A DNA stretch of 64,000 bases from the NCBI GenBank assembly GCA_963708295.1, contig CAVPSJ010000007.1, forward strand, positions 96,001-160,000. The letters are read 5' to 3'. Position numbers and translations under genes: made by a program. Of this stretch, positions 18,608 to 28,974 are shown piece after piece. Source of the stretch: an uncultured delta proteobacterium. Lineage in GTDB: Bacteria > Desulfobacterota > BSN033 > UBA1163. Numbering within the stretch: the stretch's first letter is position 1; every line of letters begins with the position of its first letter. Under the pieces are notes generated by a model, which did not search any database, had not been told where the DNA came from, and worked only from the letters and a program-made list of their open reading frames with translations.

Positions 18608-20791
18608 ATGAGCGACGAGAAACTTACACTCGACGACATTGCCGCACTTATTGTTCAAATCGAATCGACCGATCTGGCGGATTTGGCCCGTGTGCGCAGA
18701 GGGCTCAACGCCATCGCAGACTCTTCTCCCGTCTCTGTCCAAACGCCAATCGCTGAAGCCCTAAAAAGAATCAACCAGATGATGGGGGAAAAAGTCCCTG
18801 ACCCCTCCGGTCTCCTCGCTGATGCAGGCGCATTCATTGAGGAGGCCATGAACGCCATGGAGACATCCGGTGGAGAGGATACCTCCTTAGACTCCAGGCC
18901 AGAGCAGGGTGCGATCCCCGGAGCGGGTCCTGAAGCCGGGCGCTCCAAAGCGCTTCTGCCAGAAGCTGATCCAGCCCTCCTGGAGGAGTTCATCACGGAG
19001 AGTCGGGACTTGATCGCGGGCGCGGAGGCCGCCCTTTTGGAACTCGAAACGGACCCGGAAAAAACCGAAGCACTCAACATCGTTTTCCGTGCTTTTCATA
19101 CCGTCAAAGGGACGTCTGCTTTCCTTGGTCTCAACCACATATCAGAGTTCGCCCATGGGGCGGAATCCTTTCTCAGTCGAATTCGTGACAAGGAAATACG
19201 CTGTGTCGGAGGTTATGCGGATCTTGCTTTCCGCTCGGTGGACATGCTCAAGGATCTCATCAGACTGGCTCAGGACACCTTAGGCAATAGATGGGTGGCC
19301 ACACCAGATGGGCTCAATGCTTTGATGACTCTCCTTGCCGAGCCGGAAACAGTGGGTACTCTCGGGGGCGTCAACGACAAAGCGGCGGAAGCCGAAGAGA
19401 TACCCCCCCGATTGGGCGGTATTCTTGAGGATCAGGGCAAGGCTGACCCTGAAGAGATAGAGACAGCTGTCGCCGGTCAGGGGGATCAACCCGTCGACAC
19501 GGCTTTCGTAAGGGAGAAGGTTGAATCCCTCACGGAAGAGGAGCGGACGCAGCGAAAACAACGCAGCATCCCAGGCACCGAGCCCGCGACAGAATCGTCC
19601 GTCCGCGTGCGCACTGACCGTCTGGATCGTTTGATTGAGATGGTCGGGGAATTGGTGATCGGCCATTCCATGGTGATGCAGGATGAGACGGTCAACTCAG
19701 GAACCTACCCCGAGCTTCAACAGAAGGTTGCCCATACGGATAAGATCGTACGCCAGATGCAAGAGCTCTGTATGTCCATTCGTATGGTCCCGTTCAAAGC
19801 CACCGTCCATAAGATTGCACGCTTGGTTCGTGACCTGGCACGCAGGCGAAAGATCACGATCAACTTCATTCCCGTAGGAGAAGATACCGAGATCGACCGC
19901 AACATGGTCGATCTCATCAGCGACCCCCTTGTCCATTTGATTCGTAACGCTGTGGACCACGGCATTGAGCCGCCCGACCAGAGAGAAAAACTTGGAAAAC
20001 CTAGAACAGGAACCTTGTTGCTGAAGGCCTATCATTCTGGCGGCAACGTAGTGGTCGAGATATCCGATGATGGCAGGGGGTTGGACCGAGACAAGATCAT
20101 AGGGAAGGCAATCGCAAAAGGGTTGACTCCGTTCGGCCAGAGTCTGTCCGACAGCGAGATCATCAACTTGATATTCCAGCCCGGTTTTTCCACCGTCGAT
20201 ACGGTGACGGACATTTCGGGAAGAGGCGTGGGACTGGATGTGGTCAGACAAGCCGTCGAAACCCTTCGGGGCCGGGTTGATGTTTCGTCAGAGTTTGGCA
20301 AGGGATGCACGTTCTCCGTTCGTCTGCCGCTCACCATGGCCATCACCGATGGCATGCTGGTCAAAGTCGGCCGGCAGCGATACATTTTGCCGACCATCAA
20401 CATTGATATAAGCTTCCGCCCGGATCCGGCGGCGCTGTCCATTATTGCCGGACGGGCTGAGACCGTCGTCTTTAATGGAAAGGTGATCCCCATTTTTCGG
20501 CTTCACCGTCTATTCGGCATCAAGGAAGCGGTGGAAGACCCCACCCACGGGTTACTGATCATTATTGGCGACGGGAATCAGCGCTGCGCACTTTTGGTCG
20601 ACGAGTTGGTAGGACAACAGCAGGTGGTTGCCAAGTCTTTAGGGGATGGAATCGGAAAAGTCCAGGGAATTTCCGGGGGAGCCATCCTGGGCGATGGCAG
20701 GGTCGGTCTGATCCTCGATCCTCAGGGAATAGCCGCCCTGGCCAGGCAGGCGCCGGATCCGCGATCGCGAGGAAGGTGGTATATTAATTGA
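18608..20791 (+). CDS. cheA: chemotaxis histidine kinase CheA
   Basis: P1 FRAFHTVKG, dimerisation VRV...RLDRL, HLIRNAVDHGIE, DDGRG, PGFST...DISGRGVGLDVV, P5 domain. Confidence 0.95.
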   Translation: MSDEKLTLDDIAALIVQIESTDLADLARVRRGLNAIADSSPVSVQTPIAEALKRINQMMGEKVPDPSGLLADAGAFIEEAMNAMETSGGEDTSLDSRPEQGAIPGAGPEAGRSKALLPEADPALLEEFITESRDLIAGAEAALLELETDPEKTEALNIVFRAFHTVKGTSAFLGLNHISEFAHGAESFLSRIRDKEIRCVGGYADLAFRSVDMLKDLIRLAQDTLGNRWVATPDGLNALMTLLAEPETVGTLGGVNDKAAEAEEIPPRLGGILEDQGKADPEEIETAVAGQGDQPVDTAFVREKVESLTEEERTQRKQRSIPGTEPATESSVRVRTDRLDRLIEMVGELVIGHSMVMQDETVNSGTYPELQQKVAHTDKIVRQMQELCMSIRMVPFKATVHKIARLVRDLARRRKITINFIPVGEDTEIDRNMVDLISDPLVHLIRNAVDHGIEPPDQREKLGKPRTGTLLLKAYHSGGNVVVEISDDGRGLDRDKIIGKAIAKGLTPFGQSLSDSEIINLIFQPGFSTVDTVTDISGRGVGLDVVRQAVETLRGRVDVSSEFGKGCTFSVRLPLTMAITDGMLVKVGRQRYILPTINIDISFRPDPAALSIIAGRAETVVFNGKVIPIFRLHRLFGIKEAVEDPTHGLLIIIGDGNQRCALLVDELVGQQQVVAKSLGDGIGKVQGISGGAILGDGRVGLILDPQGIAALARQAPDPRSRGRWYIN

Positions 20792-20848
20792 GAACGGACC
20801 GGGAGAAGTCGGAATTACCTTCAAAACATTTACACAAGGAGAATAACA

Positions 20849-21445
20849 ATGGCTGAACAAACGACTGTAACCGTGGCTAAGACGGGGCAGGAAACCCAGG
20901 GAATGAAACGGGTCAAAACCCTAGAGGGGAAAAAGTTCTTAACTTTCCTCATGGCCAATGAAAAATATGGCCTGGAGATCTTAAAGGTTCGTGAGATTAT
21001 CGGGATCATGGACGTAACCCCTGTGCCCACAACCCCTGCTTTCGTCCGGGGGGTCATCAACTTGCGCGGCAAGGTCATCCCCGTAGTCGACCTGCGCCTT
21101 AAGTTTGGGATGGAGGCTAAGGAGGATACGCAGAGAACCTGTATCATCGTGGTCCACCTTGCCCGTGAAGGACAGGAAATGATCATGGGGATCATTGTGG
21201 ACGAAGTTTCTGAGGTGCTCGATATCGACCAGGACCAGATTGAGCCCCCACCTTCCTTCGGGGCGGACATCAGGACCGACTTCATCCTAGGAATGGGCAA
21301 GGTTAACCAACGGGTTGTGACGATGCTGGATATTGACCGGGTGCTCAGCGAGCGGGAAATTGCACTTGTTGAGAACTCAGCGGAGAGAACGAAACAGCAA
21401 CTGGATAAATCCAGTAAGATAAAAAACCAGCAGGCGAAGGAGTAA
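20849..21445 (+). CDS. cheW: CheW adaptor
   Basis: KFLTF....E.YGLEILKVREII, TPVP.TP.FVRGVINLRGKVIPVVDLR. Confidence 0.95.
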   Translation: MAEQTTVTVAKTGQETQGMKRVKTLEGKKFLTFLMANEKYGLEILKVREIIGIMDVTPVPTTPAFVRGVINLRGKVIPVVDLRLKFGMEAKEDTQRTCIIVVHLAREGQEMIMGIIVDEVSEVLDIDQDQIEPPPSFGADIRTDFILGMGKVNQRVVTMLDIDRVLSEREIALVENSAERTKQQLDKSSKIKNQQAKE

Positions 21446-21577
21446 GAATAGACGGCTTCCGGCGGAAACAATCTCGGAAGAAACAAATCCGCTCGAGGTG
21501 AAACAAGCTTTGAAAAGGACAGTCTTTTCTCGATTATCCGAAAGGGACGGTGAATTCGTTTAAAGGGAGTGCTGAAA

Positions 21578-22858
21578 ATGAAGATAAGTTTGAAGGCAAA
21601 AATCTTAATGTTCCCGGTAGTTTTCTTTCTGGTCATTTTGATGATCGTCTTTTTCACTGTCACGACTGTGCAGGACAAAGCGGGAGTACCGGATACTCAC
21701 GGTCAACGGGTAGTCAAGGACATTACCTCCAAAATCATCGTCTCCGGCATCGTCGGGTTGCTGATTGTCTCTTCGTTGAGCGTTTTTCTGATCGTTTCGA
21801 TCGACCGACCGATCCATGGGGTGATCGAGGGCCTTGCAGAGGGGGTAAGGCAGGTGTCGTCCGCATCAGGTGAGATATCCCAGGCAAGCCAACACGTGGC
21901 TCAGGGTACGAGCGATCAGGCCTCGGGCATCGAGGAGGTCTCCTCCTCCCTTGAGGAGATCTCCTCCATAACCAAACAGAACTCCGACAATGCCCAGCAG
22001 GCCAAGGTTGTTATGAATGAGGCCGGCGAGATCATAAAGAAGGTACAATACCACATGGGCCAGATGGGCCAAGCGATCGCAGAGATTACCTCACTGAGCG
22101 TGGAAACGGGAAAGATTATCAAGACCATAGATGAAATTGCATTTCAGACAAACCTCCTGGCTCTCAATGCGGCGGTCGAGGCTGCCCGGGCCGGTGAGGC
22201 TGGGGCTGGATTCTCGGTGGTCGCAAACGAGGTGCGCAACCTTGCGATGAAGGCTTCAGAGGCCGCCAAGAACACGGGTCGCCTCCTCGAAAACACGATG
22301 AAGGCTGTCAAAAAGGGAAATGAGTTGACCCAATCGACACAGGACGCCTTCAAGGAAAATATCGAAATTGCCGTGAAGCACGCAAAATTGATCGAAGAAA
22401 TTGCTGCGGCCTCTCAGGAGCAGGCTCAGGGGATTCAGCAGGTGACCGATGCTATGGCACAGATGAACCATGTGACCCAGGTGAATGCGGCCAGCGCTGA
22501 AGAATCCGCCTCGGCTAGCCAGGAACTCAATGCCCAGGCCGAGCAAGTCAACGGCTTCATTCTGGAACTCTTTGCCATCGTCGGAGACTCAAACGGGGAC
22601 CATCACGGGGACATCCGGGCATCCAGGAGGCCTAAACCCGTGGTTGAAAAGCTTCACCCTGCCACTGCAAGCCTCTTTCACCAAACCCCCAGACAAGGCC
22701 AGGCCCGGACGGTCGCACAACGGCCCATACAGAAGAACGGCGAGCCCGAAAAGGCGATGGTAAGGAAACGGTCCGCTCGGAGAGAAAAAGACGTTGTTAT
22801 TCCCTTCCACGAGGGCGGTGAAAAAGAGAAAGACAACGAAGTCCTCAAGGAATTTTGA
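21578..22858 (+). CDS. methyl-accepting chemotaxis protein with two TMs and almost no periplasmic domain
   Basis: Two hydrophobic segments about 25 aa apart; [37 protein letters not shown]. Confidence 0.9.
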   Translation: MKISLKAKILMFPVVFFLVILMIVFFTVTTVQDKAGVPDTHGQRVVKDITSKIIVSGIVGLLIVSSLSVFLIVSIDRPIHGVIEGLAEGVRQVSSASGEISQASQHVAQGTSDQASGIEEVSSSLEEISSITKQNSDNAQQAKVVMNEAGEIIKKVQYHMGQMGQAIAEITSLSVETGKIIKTIDEIAFQTNLLALNAAVEAARAGEAGAGFSVVANEVRNLAMKASEAAKNTGRLLENTMKAVKKGNELTQSTQDAFKENIEIAVKHAKLIEEIAAASQEQAQGIQQVTDAMAQMNHVTQVNAASAEESASASQELNAQAEQVNGFILELFAIVGDSNGDHHGDIRASRRPKPVVEKLHPATASLFHQTPRQGQARTVAQRPIQKNGEPEKAMVRKRSARREKDVVIPFHEGGEKEKDNEVLKEF

Positions 22859-22874
22859 GAAATAAAGGAGGCGA

Positions 22875-23714
22875 ATGGCCGACGACGCGAGGATACACAC
22901 TGGACTAACTCCCATTAAGCTCAAAAAGGGACAATTTGAGAGGATCAGCCAACTGGTGCATCAAATGACCGGAATCAACTTACCTCCGGGCAAACACGAG
23001 TTGGTCAGAGCGCGCCTGACAAAGCGGCTGCGTGCGCTGGGGCTAAAAAGCTTTGACACCTACATGGAACACCTGGAGCATGACCAATCCGAAGGTGAGC
23101 TTGTTACAATGATCGAAGCCATGACCACGAACAAGACCAATTTCTTTCGAGAACCACAGCACTTTGGCTATTTGTGCCGCCAGATACTGCCCGTGTTAAG
23201 AAGTCGGATGATTCGAGTATGGAGCGCTGGCTGTTCCTCTGGCGAAGAGCCCTACACCACTGCCATTTTGCTCAATGAAGCGATCGGGGACCACTCGTTA
23301 TGGGATATTAGGATCCTGGCGACGGATCTGTCGAGCCGGATGATAGCCCACGCTCGCACCGGTGTCTACGACATAAACCATCTTCGGGAGGTGCCGCCCT
23401 TATTGATATCCAAATACTTTACTTGCATTGAGACAAGGCCCGTGCGCCGCTACCAGATCATTGAAATGCTGCGCCGCCGCGTACATTTTGCCCGGCTGAA
23501 CCTGATGGAGGAATGGCCGATGCGGGGTCCCTTTGACGTGATTTTTTGCCGTAATGTCATGATCTACTTTGACAAGGCCACTCAGGAGCAACTCGTCAAT
23601 CGTTTCTGGAAGTTGATGAAGCCAGGAGGCTATCTTTTTGTCGGCCATTCTGAAAGCTTGACAGGCTCGCCGCACAAGTTTCGCTATGTGCAGCCCGCCA
23701 TCTACATGAAATGA
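22875..23714 (+). CDS. cheR: chemotaxis methyltransferase CheR
   Basis: TTNKTNFFREPQHF, RVWSAGCSSGEEPYT, DVIFCRNVMIYFD, GHSESL. Confidence 0.95.
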   Translation: MADDARIHTGLTPIKLKKGQFERISQLVHQMTGINLPPGKHELVRARLTKRLRALGLKSFDTYMEHLEHDQSEGELVTMIEAMTTNKTNFFREPQHFGYLCRQILPVLRSRMIRVWSAGCSSGEEPYTTAILLNEAIGDHSLWDIRILATDLSSRMIAHARTGVYDINHLREVPPLLISKYFTCIETRPVRRYQIIEMLRRRVHFARLNLMEEWPMRGPFDVIFCRNVMIYFDKATQEQLVNRFWKLMKPGGYLFVGHSESLTGSPHKFRYVQPAIYMK

Positions 23715-23743
23715 GACTTTAGACATTTTTCGGGGCATAAGGA

Positions 23744-24226
23744 GTGATACATACCGTCGGGGTTGCTGATATGAAGGTTTCTGCTCAGGAAGGCGACGTG
23801 ATTATAACCCATGCTCTGGGAAGTTGCCTGGGGGTCGTCGTACATGATCCAGTGGCCTGTGTGGGTGGGTTGCTCCATGTGATGCTCCCCCTTTCTACCA
23901 TCGATCCGGCGAAAGCCCAGACAAACCCGTTTATGTTCGTAGATACAGGGTTCCCGGAACTGCTCGTCGAGTGTTTTGAAACCGGCGCGCTGAGACAAAG
24001 ACTGGAAGTCAGGGTGGCGGGAGGAGCGAACTCTTGGAATAGAGGAGAAGACGATTTCTTCCAGATCGGCAAAAGGAACCTCGTGGTATTAAGGAAGCTT
24101 CTCTGGAAAAATGGCCTTTTATTGAAATCTTATGACGTGGGCGGCACCGTTTCGAGGACCATGTCCCTCGAAATTGGGACTGGGAAGGTAACCATTAAAA
24201 GCGGCGGACAAGTCAAAAATCTATAA
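23744..24226 (+). CDS. cheD: chemoreceptor glutamine deamidase CheD
   Basis: LGSCLGV, GLLHVMLP, AGGA, IGKRN, DVGG..SR. Confidence 0.92.
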   Translation: MIHTVGVADMKVSAQEGDVIITHALGSCLGVVVHDPVACVGGLLHVMLPLSTIDPAKAQTNPFMFVDTGFPELLVECFETGALRQRLEVRVAGGANSWNRGEDDFFQIGKRNLVVLRKLLWKNGLLLKSYDVGGTVSRTMSLEIGTGKVTIKSGGQVKNL

Positions 24227-24264
24227 GAGTGAGACTGTATTGTAAACCCACAGGGGAGTCAACA

Positions 24265-24672
24265 ATGGCATTAAACATTCTCGTAGTCGATGACAGTTCA
24301 GTGATGCGGGCGATCATTATCAAGACCTTACATTTGAGTCAATTGCCCATGGGCGAGGTTCATGAGGCCGCCAATGGGCAGGAGGCCTTGAACGTTCTGG
24401 ATGGTAACTGGATTGACCTCGCCTTGGTGGACATCAACATGCCCGTGATGGACGGTGAGGAGATGATCAATCGATTGAGGCAAAACCCGGCGACTTCAGA
24501 CCTGCCGGTAATCATTGTTTCCACCGAAGGCAGTGAATCCCGCAGAGAAGTGCTGATGCAGAAAGGGGCTCGGTTCGTCCACAAACCGTTCACACCTGAG
24601 ACCCTTCGGGACGCCATTTTGAGGATGCTAGGAGGATTGGATGAGCAAAAAGCTGGAGACGGAACTATTTAA
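24265..24672 (+). CDS. cheY: CheY-like response regulator
   Basis: ILVVDDS..MR, DINMPVMDG, VSTEG, KPFT. Lies between cheD and cheX. Confidence 0.85.
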   Translation: MALNILVVDDSSVMRAIIIKTLHLSQLPMGEVHEAANGQEALNVLDGNWIDLALVDINMPVMDGEEMINRLRQNPATSDLPVIIVSTEGSESRREVLMQKGARFVHKPFTPETLRDAILRMLGGLDEQKAGDGTI

Positions 24673-25096
24673 GGCGGCCACCTTGACTTTTGAGGAGCTG
24701 GGTTTTTTGCTTCCCACGCCCGAGATCGACGAGCAACAGTTGAATGCCCAGGTCGAAGCAGCGGTGAGCGTGGATTTCGATGGACCCTTCTCCGGAAAGC
24801 TTTTGGTGAGGGTCTGCGGCGGACTCCTTCCCGTCATCACCGCCAATATGTTGGGCGAAGAGGGCGTCCCCTCCAAAAGTCTTCAATACGACGCGCTGGG
24901 AGAAATCGCCAACGTCATATGCGGCAACATGCTCCCGGGGATTGCCGGCTCGAAGGATGTGTTTCACGTCAGTGCCCCCAAGATGAGTGAAAGTATTGAC
25001 TTGCCCCCTGTGGCGGAGGTTCAAGTAGGTCTGGGTCTAGGACGGGCCGATCTGCTCCTGTTCGTCTCTAGGTATCCAGCTCTTGCGGAGGAGTAA
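24641..25096 (+). CDS. cheX: CheX-family CheY-P phosphatase
   Basis: V.FDGPFSG.L and DALGEIANVICGN (ExxN motif). Confidence 0.85.
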   Translation: MSKKLETELFKAATLTFEELGFLLPTPEIDEQQLNAQVEAAVSVDFDGPFSGKLLVRVCGGLLPVITANMLGEEGVPSKSLQYDALGEIANVICGNMLPGIAGSKDVFHVSAPKMSESIDLPPVAEVQVGLGLGRADLLLFVSRYPALAEE

Positions 25097-25100
25097 CGGG

Positions 25101-26192
25101 GTGATTCGAGTATTGATCGTAGATGATTCGGCGGTGGTTCGCAAAGTCTTAACCATGGAGCTATCCAAGTTCAGAGATATTGAAGTAGTCGGCAGCGCCG
25201 TTGATCCCTACGTGGCCCGCGATAAGATCATTCGATTACGCCCCGATGTCATCACCCTTGACCTGGAGATGCCGCGAATGGACGGACTGGCGTTCTTGGC
25301 CAAGTTGATGAAATACTACCCTCTCCCCGTTGTCGTCGTAAGTTCGCTGACGCCGATGAACAGCGAGGCAGCCATCAGGGCATTGGAACTAGGGGCGGTC
25401 GAGGTGATTTGCAAACCGGGGCCAGCTTCCCGTACGCCCGAAATCTCGCATCAACTCATCCATGCTATCCGTGCCGCAGCCTCGGCGCAGATCACTCAGC
25501 AGCAGGGAACCGGGGAGACCTCTGCCGCAAGCACGACACCTCCTTTCCATTTCCAGGCCACGTATAAGGTGCTCGCGATTGGAGCCTCCACGGGCGGTAC
25601 CCAAGCTATCGAGACCGTACTCAAGCATTTGCCACCGACTTCTCCGGGCACATTGATCGTCCAACATATGCCGGAGCAATTCACCGCAAGCTTTGCCCGA
25701 AGGCTCAACCAGATCTCTCAGATGGAAGTGCGTGAAGCGCGGGACAGCGACCCCGTAGGGCCCGGGGTAGCCCTGGTTGCTCCAGGCAACCGGCATATGC
25801 TCCTCCACCAAAGCGGTAGCCGTTACCTGGTAAGGATAAAAGCCGGCCCAGCCGTGAACCATCACCGACCCAGCGTTGATGTATTATTCCAATCCGTTGC
25901 GCGGAGTGCCGGGAGCAACGCCGTCGGGGTGCTTCTCACAGGAATGGGCGCCGATGGCGCAAAGGGGCTAGTGGCGATGCATGAAAAGGGTGCGCACACA
26001 TTCGCCCAGAATGAACAAACATGCGTTGTCTTCGGCATGCCCCGAGAAGCCATCAAACTCGGGGCGGTCGATGACGTCATGCCTCTTCAAAATATTCCAC
26101 GGGCCATTATCAGCTATTGGCAATCTCAAGAAAAGGGAATGAGAGAAGAGTTCGAGTCCGGGGTGAATTCCTACAAGCAGTCAAAAGCTTGA
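25101..26192 (+). CDS. cheB: chemotaxis methylesterase CheB (REC + esterase)
   Basis: DVITLDLEMPRMDG, IGASTGG, VQHMP, HRPSVD, LTGMGADG. Confidence 0.95.
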   Translation: MIRVLIVDDSAVVRKVLTMELSKFRDIEVVGSAVDPYVARDKIIRLRPDVITLDLEMPRMDGLAFLAKLMKYYPLPVVVVSSLTPMNSEAAIRALELGAVEVICKPGPASRTPEISHQLIHAIRAAASAQITQQQGTGETSAASTTPPFHFQATYKVLAIGASTGGTQAIETVLKHLPPTSPGTLIVQHMPEQFTASFARRLNQISQMEVREARDSDPVGPGVALVAPGNRHMLLHQSGSRYLVRIKAGPAVNHHRPSVDVLFQSVARSAGSNAVGVLLTGMGADGAKGLVAMHEKGAHTFAQNEQTCVVFGMPREAIKLGAVDDVMPLQNIPRAIISYWQSQEKGMREEFESGVNSYKQSKA

Positions 26193-26336
26193 AATTCGGT
26201 TAGACACGAGGGGAATGGAATGAGAGAGTAGAAAACAACATCGATCGACTGCTGGTCCGGATGGCCGTCTTTATCTTTTTTCGGGTACAAACACAGCTCA
26301 TGCGAGTCTCCTTCACGAGCTGAAAGGGGGTTGGAA

Positions 26337-28946
26337 ATGCTTAGATGGGGGGTTTTTTCAAAGTTGAGAAACAAGCTGATCTTCTATACCGTCATGGTCG
26401 CTTTACTATCGTTCGTTCTCCTGAGCGCGTATCACTTTCATCTCTGCACGGCAGCCCTGAAGCAGCAGACGCTATCTAATCTGGGAGTTTCCGAATATCT
26501 TGTAACGCCCGTCAATCTTCTGAAGACAAGAATGCTTGTTTCCATTTTGGTTGTCTCCGGCCTAGCCGCCATCGTCCTTTACGCGACCATTCGAAGGGTC
26601 GTGGCCCCCCTTTCTAAAATAACCCATGCCGTCGCCGTGTTGGCAAAAACGGGGGATCTGACGCCATCCTTTGAAGTCGATAGCCAGGATGAAGTTGGAC
26701 AGTTGTCCAGATCCTTTCGGGACATATCGAATTGGATGAAAGAAATGGCAGGAGCGGTTTCCAGTGTTGCCGAAGGAAATTTAGACCAAGAAGTGGGAGG
26801 AAGGCCGGAGAAGGACATGCTCGGGAGGGACCTCCAGTCTATGATCGTGAACCTGAAAAATTCGTTCGAGGCGGTTAAGATCTCAGAGCAGAAATTTAGA
26901 AATTTGGCGACCCATGCCCCTATCGGCTTAAGCATTCTCGGCAAGGGGGGGATCTATGAGTATGTCAACCCCAAGTTCAGTGAAATTTTTGGATACACCT
27001 TAGAAGACATTCCTAAGGGCAAGGACTGGTTGGAGAAGGCTTATCCAGACCCGGAGTACCGTCAGAAGGTTGTAGCCTGTTGGAGAGAAGACTTGAATGA
27101 AGTAAAACCGGGCAAAACCCGCTCCCGGGTCTTCACTGTAGCCTGCAAAAAAGGCTCCTCTAAGGAGATTCTATTCAAGCGCGTCACCCTGGTCGATGGA
27201 AGAAACTTAGTGACCTCCGAGGATATCACCGAACGAAAACTGGCAGAGCAGGCGATGAGGGAATCGGAGGAAAAATATCGGACATTATTCGAGGGATCGA
27301 GGGAACCCCTTTTCGTCACCACCAAGGACGGCAAATTCGTCGATCTTAACAGGACCGTCGCCCAACTGCTCGGTTACGATAACAAAGAAGACATCATGAA
27401 GGTGGGATCAATAGCCTCTCTCTATTCCCGCCCGGAGGATTGGAGCAATATCCAAGAGGCGCTATCGAAAAAGGACTATGTCGAGGATGTGGCGCAAGAA
27501 CTGAGGAGGAAGGATGGGGGAAAGATCTATGCTTTGGCAACAGCCAGCACCAGGAAGGATTCTAAGGGAAACGTTATTGGTTACAAGGTGGCGATCAAGG
27601 ATATCACAGACCTCAAGCGGGCAGAAGAGTCGCTCAAAAAACGCGAGGAAGAGGCAGGGCAATTGGCCAGGGAAAATGCCATCTTGGCCGAGATCGGAAA
27701 GATCCTGAGTTCAAGCTTGAAGATTGAAGAAGTCTACGAGCGCTTTGCCGAGGAAGTCCGTAAGTTAATTCCTCTCGACCGAATCATGGTGGGACTCAAC
27801 AACCCCGAAAAAGGCACAGTCACCGTGGCCTATGTCTCAGGATCAAATGTGGACGGAAGACGAGTGGGAGATGTTTATCCCCTCCAGCAATCGGGCAACG
27901 ACATGGCGATGAAGACGCGGAGAGGCTTTCTCATCCAGCCAGAATCCGTTGAAGAATTAGAAAGAAGTCAACTTTCTAACCTCATCTCTACTTTTCGGAG
28001 TGGACTGAAGTCGATGATGTCCGCCCCCCTTACCTGGAGAGACCAGGTCATTGGGGCCTTGCATTTTCGGTCGACAAAATTCAAAGCCTATACCGACCGA
28101 GACCTCAAACTGGCCGAACGCATTGCTGCCCAGATTGCTGGTACCATTGCCAGTGTCCAACTGTATGAAGAAATGAAGCGGATGGTCAAACAGATCGGCA
28201 ACGCTGGGCTCCAGATCAGCACCTCCTCGGCTCAAATTCGGGCCGCCTCAGAAGAGCAAGCAACAGGGGTGGCCGGCCAGTCCTCCGCCATTAGCCAGGT
28301 GACGACCACCATTGAGGAGCTCGACACCACCGCCACTCGCATCGCCAAAAATGCAGAAAATGTCGCCCGAATAGCGGGAGATACCCTGGCGGGCATGCAG
28401 GAGATCAATGCGAAAGTAACCGATACCTCAAGAAAGATTCTCTCGCTAGGTGAGAAATCCCAATCCATCGGCAATATCACAAAACTGATTGATGATATTG
28501 CGGATCAGACGAATCTGCTGGCCCTAAACGCTGCCATTGAAGCCGCTCGAGCAGGAGAGGTGGGAAGAGGCTTTGCCGTCGTCGCCCAAGAAGTCAGGAA
28601 GCTTGCCGAGCGCTCGTCAGAATCGACTGAAGAAATCCGTCAGCTTATAAACGAGATCCAAGGGGAAACAAACTCTACGATCATGAGTATTGAAGGTTCA
28701 ACCAAATGGGTAAAGAAAGGGCTGGAGATGATTGAGGAGACAGCTAAGTCCGCCAAGGAGATTTCCATTGCGACACAACAGCAGAAGTTTGCCTCCGATC
28801 AGGTCGTACAAGCCATGCGGGAGATTGATTCTGTTACAAAACAGTTCGTCTCATCAACCAGGCAAGCAACCGATTCCGCGGCGCAGCTCAATACATTATC
28901 CGAAGAGCTTAAAAGCGCAATTTCCGACTTTAAGCTGGGTGGATAG
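26337..28946 (+). CDS. chimeric chemoreceptor: TM-TM-HAMP-HAMP-PAS-PAS-GAF-methyl-accepting domain
   Basis: Two N-terminal TMs, HAMP (QDEVGQL), PAS domains ending DITERK and DITDLKR, GAF (SMMSAPL...DQVIGAL..RS..F.AYTDRD), [21 protein letters not shown]. Confidence 0.9.
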   Translation: MLRWGVFSKLRNKLIFYTVMVALLSFVLLSAYHFHLCTAALKQQTLSNLGVSEYLVTPVNLLKTRMLVSILVVSGLAAIVLYATIRRVVAPLSKITHAVAVLAKTGDLTPSFEVDSQDEVGQLSRSFRDISNWMKEMAGAVSSVAEGNLDQEVGGRPEKDMLGRDLQSMIVNLKNSFEAVKISEQKFRNLATHAPIGLSILGKGGIYEYVNPKFSEIFGYTLEDIPKGKDWLEKAYPDPEYRQKVVACWREDLNEVKPGKTRSRVFTVACKKGSSKEILFKRVTLVDGRNLVTSEDITERKLAEQAMRESEEKYRTLFEGSREPLFVTTKDGKFVDLNRTVAQLLGYDNKEDIMKVGSIASLYSRPEDWSNIQEALSKKDYVEDVAQELRRKDGGKIYALATASTRKDSKGNVIGYKVAIKDITDLKRAEESLKKREEEAGQLARENAILAEIGKILSSSLKIEEVYERFAEEVRKLIPLDRIMVGLNNPEKGTVTVAYVSGSNVDGRRVGDVYPLQQSGNDMAMKTRRGFLIQPESVEELERSQLSNLISTFRSGLKSMMSAPLTWRDQVIGALHFRSTKFKAYTDRDLKLAERIAAQIAGTIASVQLYEEMKRMVKQIGNAGLQISTSSAQIRAASEEQATGVAGQSSAISQVTTTIEELDTTATRIAKNAENVARIAGDTLAGMQEINAKVTDTSRKILSLGEKSQSIGNITKLIDDIADQTNLLALNAAIEAARAGEVGRGFAVVAQEVRKLAERSSESTEEIRQLINEIQGETNSTIMSIEGSTKWVKKGLEMIEETAKSAKEISIATQQQKFASDQVVQAMREIDSVTKQFVSSTRQATDSAAQLNTLSEELKSAISDFKLGG

Positions 28947-28974
28947 GAAGAAGAAAAAACAAGGGACTTGAGAC

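Noticed and set aside
20830-21678. 282-aa minus-strand ORF, and similar long antisense ORFs across the window
   Set aside because: These are shadows of well-supported genes on the opposite strand.
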